DNA of 5,577 nucleotides from Escherichia phage G4, in sequence record NC_001420.2; one strand, 5' to 3'. Under the pieces are notes generated by a model. That model was not told the origin of the DNA. It worked only from the letters and a program-made list of their open reading frames with translations, and did no database searches. Of this stretch, positions 1-5,577 are shown piece after piece (the first letter of the stretch is position 1; each line of letters starts with the position of its first letter). A program made the translations under genes and the position numbers.

Positions 1-3
1 TGC

Positions 4-33
4 TTGACTAATACTCAATCACCACTCTAATAT
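4..33 (+). promoter_or_regulatory. Candidate sigma70 promoter for gene A (PA): -35 TTGACT (4-9), 18-nt spacer, -10 TAATAT (28-33)
   Basis: Sequence match to -35/-10 consensus in the H-A intergenic region, where phiX174-type phages carry PA. The predicted start near nt 40 would give a leader containing the GGAGG SD for ATG 59. Prediction from the hexamers only. Confidence 0.4.
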
Positions 34-58
34 GCCTCCCATCAAACGGAGGCTTTTC

Positions 59-1723
59 ATGTTTAAAGTACATTCTGACTACTTCAGCAAACCTAACATC
101 GACGCAATCAAACCTCTCGTCGAAACTGCTGGTATGTCTGTTCTTACTCAATCTCCAAACCTCCGTATCTGGAAACAGTGCAATACTCGCATCAAATTAC
201 TGGAAGAAATCCTTGCTCACTATACAAATGGTATTCGCCGTGACGACAATGGTGACTTCTGGATGAATCCCAACTCTCAACTCGCAACTACTATTGCCTA
301 TCGTGCTCATCACAAAGGCCATAACCCTAAGTTCAAACAATACCCAGAAACCTTCACTCTGGACGACATTATTACTGGTAAACCAATCCCTCAAACTGCC
401 CCTGACGAATTACAACTCTCCGATGAAATCGTTGAAGACTATCGCCTTACAGTCCTCTCCATAATCGAAGAATTGCAAGAATGCTATGACGTGCTCGGAC
501 AACTTGATATTAATAACACTATAGACCACAAACCCCTCGGTAATGACCATTGGAACCTCCTCTATGAAAAACCCGTATACAAACATTGGTATCAGCTCGT
601 TTCAAATCGACCCCTTAAAGATATCCGCGCCGATTACAACTATGCAAAGGCTAAGGGTGTTAAAGATGAGTGCTCAAAAATCTTGGAGGAGTCAACTATG
701 AAGTCTCGACGTGGCTTTACCGTTCAAAGATTAATGAATGCTATGCGTACTGCCCATTCTAAGGGCTGGTATGTCGTATTCGATACTCTTACTCTAGCCG
801 ATGACCGCTTAAAGGATTTCTATGATAATCCCAATGCTCTTCGTGACTACTTCCGTGATATTGGTCGTATGGTGCTTACTGCCGAAGGTCGCTCGGTGCA
901 TGACTCATCTTCCGACTGCTATCAGTATTTTTGTGTGCCAGAGTATGGTACACAGCACGGTCGTCTACATTTCCACGCAGTGCATCTTATGCGCACACTT
1001 CCTCTGGGTTCTCTGCACCCTAACTTCGGTAAGCTGGTACGCATCAATCGGCAAATAAATAGCTTGCAAAACACGTGGCCTTATGGTTACTCTATGCCCA
1101 TCGCAGTCCGGTACTCCCAAGACGCATTCTCTCGCGCTGGCTGGCTCTGGCCTGTGGACTCAAAGGGTGAACCCCTTAAAGCTACCTCGTATATGGCTGT
1201 AGGCTTCTACGTTGCTAAATACGTTAACAAAAAATCAGATATTGACATGGCCGTAAAAGGCCTAGGGAATAAAGAATGGAACAATTCACTCAAAACCAAA
1301 ATCAACCTCATACCCAAGAAAGTGTTCAGAATACGAATGTCTCGCAATTTCGGAATGAAACTGTTATCAATGGCTCACCTGTCAGCGGAAACCCTGATGG
1401 AACTGACCCAAGTGGGTTACGACGTGACCCCGTTCAACAACATCTTGAAGCAGAACGCCAAGAAAGAGCTCAAATCGAGGCTGGCAAAGAAATCTGTCGC
1501 CGACGTTTTGGAGGCGCAACCTGTGACGACGAATCTGCTAAAATTCATGCGCAATTTGACCCGAACAATCGGAGCGTCCAACCTACAGAGTTTTATCGCT
1601 TCAATGACCACGAAATTAACAAGTACGGATATTTCTGATGAAACCAAAAACTACGTTGCTTCTGCAGGAATTGCTGTTGCTAACTTACGAATTAAATCGA
1701 AGTGGACTGCTGGTGGAAAATGA
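59..1723 (+). CDS. A: Replication initiation protein A (rolling-circle HUH endonuclease); 554 aa from ATG 59. The ORF track's upstream in-frame ATG at 32 would give 563 aa.
   Basis: Long ORF with HUH motif HFHAVH (nt 968-985) and the paired catalytic tyrosines in [15 protein letters not shown] (Tyr codons at 1208-1210 and 1220-1222), both typical of phiX174-type gpA. The C-terminal half aligns almost residue for residue with recalled phiX174 A (e.g. [29 protein letters not shown]). ATG 59 is preceded by GGAGG (48-52) at 6-nt spacing; ATG 32 has no Shine-Dalgarno (SD) and lies inside the candidate -10 element. Stop TGA 1721-1723 overlaps the gene C start (ATGA). Confidence 0.9.
510..539 (+). 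other. Origin of viral (+) strand rolling-circle replication; gpA recognition and nick site (conserved 30-mer)
   Basis: Exact match to the 30-nt origin CAACTTGATATTAATAACACTATAGACCAC, which is conserved among phiX174, G4 and relatives and lies inside gene A. In phiX174 gpA nicks between the G and A of CAACTTG^ATA, which corresponds to between nt 516 and 517 here. Confidence 0.88.
698..1723 (+). CDS. A*: A* protein, an in-frame internal initiation product of gene A (341 aa)
   Basis: In-frame ATG at 698 preceded by strong SD GGAGGA (685-690) at 7-nt spacing. The product begins MKSRRGF..., matching the recalled phiX174 A* N-terminus (MKSRRGFAIQRL...), and the 341-aa length equals phiX174 A*. 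Expression of A* from this genome is inferred, not seen. Confidence 0.6.
1276..1638 (+). CDS. B: Internal scaffolding protein B (120 aa), wholly nested in gene A in a different frame
   Basis: 120-aa ORF beginning MEQFTQNQ... and ending ...[45 protein letters not shown], closely matching recalled phiX174 B (MEQLTKNQ... [10 protein letters not shown]... FYRF...GYF). Same length as phiX174 B. Stop TGA 1636-1638 overlaps the K start (TGATG). Confidence 0.92.
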
Positions 1724-1808
1724 GGAAATTCAATCTCAACTTAAAAAACTCGAGGTCGTCTTACTTTGCAACCTTTCGCCATCATCTCAACGTGCTGGCA
1801 AAAACTGA
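1638..1808 (+). CDS. K: Protein K (56 aa), small non-essential protein overlapping the A/B end and the C start
   Basis: Not in the supplied ORF track because it is short. Hand translation from ATG 1638 gives [56 protein letters not shown], stop TGA 1806-1808. It matches recalled phiX174 K (…[20 protein letters not shown]…LLCDLSPS…) and has the same 56-aa length. It is in the third frame relative to A and C. Confidence 0.85.
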
Positions 1809-1974
1809 CGCCCTTGACGAGGAGAAATACTTAAATATGTTAGGTGCTCTCCTCAAGGACTGGTTCCGGTACGAAGAACATTTCGTGCATGGTAAACAAT
1901 CAATGCTTGACATACTGAAAGAACGTGGCCTATTATCCACATCGTCAACTGACACAAACCACAAAGGAAACTGA
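1720..1974 (+). CDS. C: Protein C (84 aa), involved in the switch to ssDNA synthesis and packaging
   Basis: ATG 1720-1722 overlaps the A stop (ATGA). Product [58 protein letters not shown]...ILKERGLL matches recalled phiX174 C ([42 protein letters not shown]...DWFRYESHFVHG...ILKERGLL). The ORF-track start at 1702 is a GTG extension and not the real start. Confidence 0.9.
1907..1936 (+). promoter_or_regulatory. Candidate sigma70 promoter for the late operon (PD): -35 TTGACA (1907-1912), 18-nt spacer, -10 TATTAT (1931-1936)
   Basis: Perfect consensus -35 and a 5/6 -10 inside the 3' end of gene C, about 40 nt upstream of the D start. This is the same relative position as the phiX174 PD promoter as I recall it. 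Confidence 0.5.
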
Positions 1975-1975
1975 A

Positions 1976-2434
1976 ATGTCTAAATCAAACGAATCTGCTG
2001 TAGCCTTTCAAACTGCTATCGCTTCTATCAAACTTATTCAAGCATCTTCTGTTCTTGACTTGACAGAGGACGATTTTGACTTCTTAACTCGCGACCGTGT
2101 CTGGATTGCTACCGACCGTTCACGCGCTCGCCGTGCTATCGAGGCTTGCGTATATGGAACACTGGACTTTGTCGGGTATCCTCGCTTTCCTGCTCCTGTT
2201 GAGTTTATTTCTGCCGTCATTGCTTATTACGTTCATCCCGTTAACATCCAAACCGCCTGTCTCATCATGGAAGGTGCTGAGTTTACCGAAAACATCGTCA
2301 ATGGTGTTGAACGCCCCGTTAAAGCCTCTGAACTGTTCGCCTTCACTCTTCTTGTTCGCGCCGGAAACAAAGATCTTATCGGTCACGCTGAAACAAACAT
2401 CCGTGAACAGTTACGCGCTCAAGGTGTCATGTAA
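1976..2434 (+). CDS. D: External scaffolding protein D (152 aa)
   Basis: ATG 1976 preceded by SD AAGGA (1964-1968) at 7-nt spacing. Product MSKSNESAVAFQTAIASIKLIQASSVLDLTEDDFDFLT...VWIATDRSRARR...ACVYGTLDFVGYPRFPAPVEFI.AVIAYYVHPVNIQTACLIMEGAEFTENI is near-identical to recalled phiX174 D, with the same 152-aa length. The track start at 1925 is a GTG extension. Confidence 0.95.
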   Translation: MSKSNESAVAFQTAIASIKLIQASSVLDLTEDDFDFLTRDRVWIATDRSRARRAIEACVYGTLDFVGYPRFPAPVEFISAVIAYYVHPVNIQTACLIMEGAEFTENIVNGVERPVKASELFAFTLLVRAGNKDLIGHAETNIREQLRAQGVM

Positions 2435-2444
2435 AGACCTTTGA
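2154..2444 (+). CDS. E: Lysis protein E (96 aa), nested in gene D in the +1 frame; single-gene lysis protein (MraY inhibitor class)
   Basis: ATG 2154 lies inside D in another frame. Product MEHWTLSGILAFLLLLSLFLPSLLITFIPLTSKPPVSSWKVL...LKPLNCS has the N-terminal transmembrane segment with the conserved LAFLLLLSL.LPSLLI.FIP core of recalled phiX174 E (MVRWTLWDTLAFLLLLSLLLPSLLIMFIP...). Stop TGA 2442-2444 lies 10 nt past the D stop. The track start at 2097 is a GTG extension. Confidence 0.85.
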   Translation: MEHWTLSGILAFLLLLSLFLPSLLITFIPLTSKPPVSSWKVLSLPKTSSMVLNAPLKPLNCSPSLFLFAPETKILSVTLKQTSVNSYALKVSCKDL

Positions 2445-2476
2445 TTTTATCGTCTTCACTTTTAAGGAGTTATGTA

Positions 2477-2554
2477 ATGAAAAAATCAATTCGCCGCTCT
2501 GGTGGCAAATCTAAGGGTGCCCGTCTCTGGTATGTAGGCGGAACACAATACTAA
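2477..2554 (+). CDS. J: Small basic DNA-binding/packaging protein J (25 aa)
   Basis: Not in the ORF track (too short). ATG 2477 preceded by SD AAGGAG (2464-2469) at 7-nt spacing. Hand translation gives MKKSIRRSGGKSKGARLWYVGGTQY, stop TAA 2552-2554. The C-terminus ARLWYVGG matches the phiX174 J C-terminus (…GARLWYVGGQQF), and the short 25-aa form is the G4-type J as I recall it. Confidence 0.85.
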   Translation: MKKSIRRSGGKSKGARLWYVGGTQY

Positions 2555-2562
2555 TCTTTTAT

Positions 2563-2587
2563 GTGGGACCGCGGTCCCACTCTATTT
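2563..2587 (+). terminator. Perfect 18-nt palindrome (GTGGGACCGCGGTCCCAC, 2563-2580) followed by a T-rich stretch (CTCTATTT); candidate partial terminator after gene J
   Basis: The palindrome is self-complementary over all 18 nt and would fold on mRNA as a GC-rich hairpin of about 7 bp. It sits in the J-F intergenic space, where phiX174-type phages have a leaky terminator. The downstream U-tract is short and interrupted, so termination would be inefficient. Confidence 0.45.
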
Positions 2588-2599
2588 AAGGATACAAAA

Positions 2600-3883
2600 A
2601 TGTCTAACGTTCAAACATCTGCGGACCGTGTACCTCATGACTTATCTCACCTTGTCTTTGAGGCTGGTAAAATTGGCCGCCTCAAAACTATCTCTTGGAC
2701 GCCTGGTGGTGCTGGTGACTCTTTCGAGTGTGATATGGTTGGCGCTATTCGTCTGTCCCCTCTTCGTCGTGGCCTCGCTGTTGACTCACGCGTTGATATC
2801 TTTCCTTTCTATATCCCACACCGTCATATCTACGGTCAGCAGTGGATTAACTTTATGAAGGATGGCGTTAATGCCTCCCCTCTTCCTCCTGTTACATGCT
2901 CCTCTGGTTGGGACTCTGCTGCTTATCTCGGTACCATTCCGTCTTCTACCCTTAAAGTGCCTAAATTCTTACATCAGGGCTATCTGAATATTTATAATAA
3001 CTACTTCAAACCGCCTTGGTCTGATGACTTAACTTACGCTAACCCATCCAATATGCCTTCTGAGGATTATAAATGGGGCGTACGTGTCGCTAACCTTAAA
3101 TCTATCTGGACTGCGCCACTTCCACCGGATACTCGTACATCTGAAAACATGACTACTGGTACATCCACTATTGACATTATGGGCCTTCAAGCCGCATACG
3201 CTAAATTACATACGGAACAGGAACGTGATTACTTCATGACCCGTTACCGTGACATTATGAAAGAGTTCGGCGGTCATACATCCTATGATGGTGACAATCG
3301 TCCTCTTCTGCTCATGCGCTCTGAATTTTGGGCATCTGGCTATGACGTAGACGGTACTGACCAATCTTCTCTCGGTCAATTCTCTGGTCGCGTTCAGCAG
3401 ACCTTCAATCACAAAGTCCCACGCTTCTATGTTCCTGAGCATCGCGTAATTATGACTCTGGCGGTTACTCGCTTTCCGCCTACTCATGAAATGGAAATGC
3501 ACTATCTTGTAGGTAAAGAAAACTTAACTTATACCGATATTGCTTGTGACCCTGCACTGATGGCTAACCTGCCACCTCGTGAAGTATCCTTAAAAGAATT
3601 CTTCCACTCCTCACCCGATTCTGCTAAATTCAAAATCGCTGAGGGCCAATGGTATCGTACACAGCCTGACCGTGTCGCTTTCCCATATAATGCTCTGGAT
3701 GGATTCCCGTTCTACTCTGCTCTCCCGTCCACGGAACTAAAAGACCGTGTACTGGTTAACACTAATAACTACGATGAAATCTTCCAGTCTATGCAGCTTG
3801 CACACTGGAATATGCAAACTAAATTTAACATTAACGTTTATCGTCACATGCCTACGACACGTGACTCAATCATGACCTCGTAA
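2600..3883 (+). CDS. F: Major capsid protein F (427 aa)
   Basis: Product MSNVQTSADRVPHDLSHLVFEAGKIGRLKTIS...SPLRRGLA.DS.VDIF.FY.PHRH.YG.QWI.FMKDGVNA.PLP...IDIMGLQAAYA.LHT.QERDYFM.RY...LPTTRDSIMTS is highly similar along its length to recalled phiX174 F. ATG 2600 is preceded by SD AAGGA (2588-2592) at 7-nt spacing. The upstream in-frame ATG at 2561 lies inside a palindromic hairpin, has no SD, and its 13-aa extension has no homology. Confidence 0.95.
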   Translation: MSNVQTSADRVPHDLSHLVFEAGKIGRLKTISWTPGGAGDSFECDMVGAIRLSPLRRGLAVDSRVDIFPFYIPHRHIYGQQWINFMKDGVNASPLPPVTCSSGWDSAAYLGTIPSSTLKVPKFLHQGYLNIYNNYFKPPWSDDLTYANPSNMPSEDYKWGVRVANLKSIWTAPLPPDTRTSENMTTGTSTIDIMGLQAAYAKLHTEQERDYFMTRYRDIMKEFGGHTSYDGDNRPLLLMRSEFWASGYDVDGTDQSSLGQFSGRVQQTFNHKVPRFYVPEHRVIMTLAVTRFPPTHEMEMHYLVGKENLTYTDIACDPALMANLPPREVSLKEFFHSSPDSAKFKIAEGQWYRTQPDRVAFPYNALDGFPFYSALPSTELKDRVLVNTNNYDEIFQSMQLAHWNMQTKFNINVYRHMPTTRDSIMTS

Positions 3884-3892
3884 CGCAACAAA

Positions 3893-3999
3893 GGCCGCCC
3901 CTCTACTGGTCAGATACCTGCCCAATGTGGGGCGGACCGTGCCTACGGAGATACTCGAGTCTCCGATACATGGACGGCGAAAGCCGCCGTCCCTACTGC
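3893..3999 (+). other. Cluster of three GC-rich stem-loops in the F-G intergenic region; candidate complementary (-) strand origin / primase recognition structure
   Basis: Stem-loop 1: CCGCCCC (3895-3901) pairs with GGGGCGG (3929-3935), 7 bp with a 27-nt loop. Stem-loop 2: CGGAGA (3946-3951) pairs with TCTCCG (3960-3965), 8-nt loop. Stem-loop 3: GGACGGCG (3972-3979) pairs with CGCCGTCC (3985-3992), 5-nt loop. A repeated motif GCCGCC..(C)CTACTG follows stems 1 and 3 (3894-3908 and 3983-3998). The G4 complementary-strand origin recognised by DnaG primase is known to lie in the F-G intergenic region and to consist of stem-loops. Confidence 0.6.
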
Positions 4000-4019
4000 A
4001 AAGCCAAAAGGACTAACAT

Positions 4020-4553
4020 ATGTTCCAGAAATTCATTTCTAAGCACAATGCTCCAATTAACTCTACTCAGCTTGCTGCTACTAAAACCCCAGCTGTAGCG
4101 GCACCTGTTTTATCTGTGCCTAACTTAAGTCGCTCTACTATTCTAATCAATGCAACAACCACAGCCGTTACAACTCATTCAGGCTTGTGCCATGTTGTTC
4201 GCATTGATGAAACAAACCCAACAAATCATCACGCTCTATCTATTGCAGGTTCGTTATCAAACGTCCCTGCTGATATGATTGCTTTTGCCATTCGTTTTGA
4301 GGTCGCTGATGGCGTCGTTCCTACTGCCGTCCCGGCCTTATACGACGTCTATCCAATCGAAACCTTCAATAACGGCAAAGCAATCTCATTTAAAGATGCT
4401 GTTACCATCGACTCACATCCCCGCACCGTCGGTAACGACGTTTATGCGGGAATCATGCTCTGGTCTAACGCTTGGACCGCCTCTACTATCTCTGGCGTCC
4501 TCTCTGTTAATCAGGTAAACCGTGAAGCAACCGTCCTTCAACCTCTGAAATAA
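4020..4553 (+). CDS. G: Major spike protein G (177 aa)
   Basis: Product begins [10 protein letters not shown] and ends ...LSVNQV.....LQPLK, matching the conserved N- and C-termini of recalled phiX174 G (MFQTFISRHN ... LQPLK) with internal motifs (YDVYP, VTID..PRT.GN.VY.G.M.WSN). SD AAGGA (4008-4012) at 7-nt spacing. Confidence 0.93.
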
Positions 4554-4563
4554 GGATTATCCT

Positions 4564-5577
4564 ATGTTTGGCTCTATCGCTGGCGGTATCGCCTCCGCAC
4601 TTGCCGGAGGCCTTATGGGTAAATTATTTGGCGGCGGTCAGTCCGCCGACTCTACCGGAATCCAAGGCAACGTCCTTGCTTCCGACAACAATGTTGTAGG
4701 TGCTAATGATGCTGGTATTAAATCTGCTATTCAGGGCTCTACTGTCCCTAACTCTCAGGAAGCTGCTCCCTCTGCTATCTCTGGCATCCTTGCCGACTCT
4801 GGCAAGCATGCGCTCTCGTCTCTTACCAATGCTGGTGCAAATAAACTCATGGAGGCTGTCGGCCTTTCTAAGTCTGCCTCTGACAAGGGCAAGGACACAA
4901 AAGACTATCTCGCCGCCGCATTCCCCGAGCTCAACCCATGGGAACGTGCTGGTGCTGGCGCTTCTAGTCCAGGCATGCAAGACGCTGGCTTCCAAAATCA
5001 GAAGGAGCTAACCAAGATGCAGCTTGACAACCAAAAGGAAATCGCTAAGATGCAAAACGAAACTCAGAAGGAAATTGCTGGGCTTCAATCTATTACATCA
5101 CGCGAAAATACTAAGGATACTGTCTATGCTCAAAATGAAATGCTCGCGTATAACCAAAAAGAGTCTATGTCACGCGTTGGCGCTATTCTCGAAAACACAA
5201 GCCTCACCAAACAGCAACAAACTTCTGAAATTATGCGGCAAATGCTTACTCAGGCTCAAACCGCAGGTCAATATTTTACAAATGACCAAATCAAGGAGCT
5301 TACGAGAAAAGTTGGTGCTGATATTGATGCTGTTCGCGCTAACACTGCACGCACCCATGTAGAAACCGACCGCTCAAAACAGGAAGTACAAAACTCCCGT
5401 TATGCCTCTTCTCAGGTAGGTAAAACCGCTAAGGACGTGTCCAATGCAATTACTGATACAGCTGGTTCTATTGTTGATTATTTTCGTGGTGCTGATCAAA
5501 AAGTGGCAGACGTTTACAACAACTATTTCAAAGATGGCAAATCGAAAGGAATAGAATCCAATCACCGCTCCAAATAA
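4564..5577 (+). CDS. H: Minor spike / DNA pilot protein H (337 aa)
   Basis: Product [26 protein letters not shown]...[24 protein letters not shown]...[77 protein letters not shown]...[31 protein letters not shown] is highly similar to recalled phiX174 H, with a glycine-rich hydrophobic N-terminus and a central coiled-coil-like region. SD AAGGA (4552-4556) at 7-nt spacing. Stop TAA is the last 3 nt of the window. Confidence 0.95.

Noticed and set aside
197-394. Minus-strand ORFs in the supplied track (197-394, 1417-1647, 1782-1964, 2038-2220, 2120-2386, 3206-3502, 4624-4995, 5170-5358, 5374-5565)
   Set aside because: phiX174-type phages transcribe only one strand and all 11 known genes are on +. 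These ORFs are short, lie antisense to well-supported genes, have no SD or promoter context, and their products show no recognisable features.
822-1058. Alternative-frame + strand ORFs inside A, F, G and H (822-1058, 2628-2858, 4279-4518, 4700-5011, 5024-5362)
   Set aside because: No known microvirus genes occupy these positions. The products are low-complexity (Leu/Ser-rich or Lys/Arg-rich), as expected from frame-shifted reading of coding sequence, and none has a convincing SD. The real nested genes (B, K, E) are recognisable by homology, and these are not.
1040-1250. Candidate PB promoter for gene B inside gene A (TTGCAA at 1064-1069; TTGACA at 1242-1247)
   Set aside because: Neither -35 match has a convincing -10 at 16-19 nt spacing. 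phiX174 has a B promoter within A, but I cannot place the G4-like equivalent from sequence alone.
1702-2153. Longer ORF-track versions of C (from 1702), D (from 1925) and E (from 2097)
   Set aside because: These begin at GTG codons chosen by the ORF finder. The homologous proteins start at the internal ATGs (1720, 1976, 2154), which have proper start context: an ATGA overlap for C and SDs for D and E.
2472-2477. Minimal ORF ATG-TAA (2472-2477) just before the J start
   Set aside because: A one-codon ORF lying between the SD and the J start codon; no evidence of function.
2561-2599. Upstream in-frame ATG at 2561 that would extend capsid protein F by 13 aa
   Set aside because: The ATG sits inside the 18-nt palindromic hairpin with no SD, and the extension (MWDRGPTLFKDTK) has no counterpart in phiX174 F. 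The ATG at 2600 has an AAGGA SD and starts with the conserved MSN(I/V)QT.
1-5577. Search for CRISPR arrays, tRNA/rRNA genes, insertion sequences, integrase or attachment sites, toxin-antitoxin or defence genes
   Set aside because: None seen. No spacer-repeat arrays, no cloverleaf candidates, no inverted terminal repeats, and every ORF of meaningful length is a recognisable microvirus gene. The largest non-coding stretch is only 136 nt.

Overview
This window is a complete, linearised genome of a phiX174-family microvirus (Microviridae, Bullavirinae), and by protein sequence and gene lengths it is G4-like. It is not an accessory island and I found no evidence of a novel or undescribed system. 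The window is 5577 nt, which matches my recollection of the G4 genome length, and it is cut exactly after the gene H stop codon, so position 5577 joins position 1 in the circle. All 11 canonical genes are present on the + strand in the order A (with in-frame A*), B (nested in A), K, C, D, E (nested in D), J, F, G, H. I identified them by recalled similarity to phiX174/G4 proteins, not by a database search. Non-coding elements I can see directly are the conserved 30-nt viral-strand origin inside gene A, GC-rich stem-loops in the F-G intergenic region (the known location of the G4 complementary-strand origin), a perfect 18-nt palindrome after gene J, and sigma70-like promoter candidates upstream of A and D. 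All minus-strand and alternative-frame ORFs in the supplied track look like by-products of the compact, overlapping coding. The one annotation ambiguity is the gene A start (ATG 32 versus ATG 59); I favour 59.
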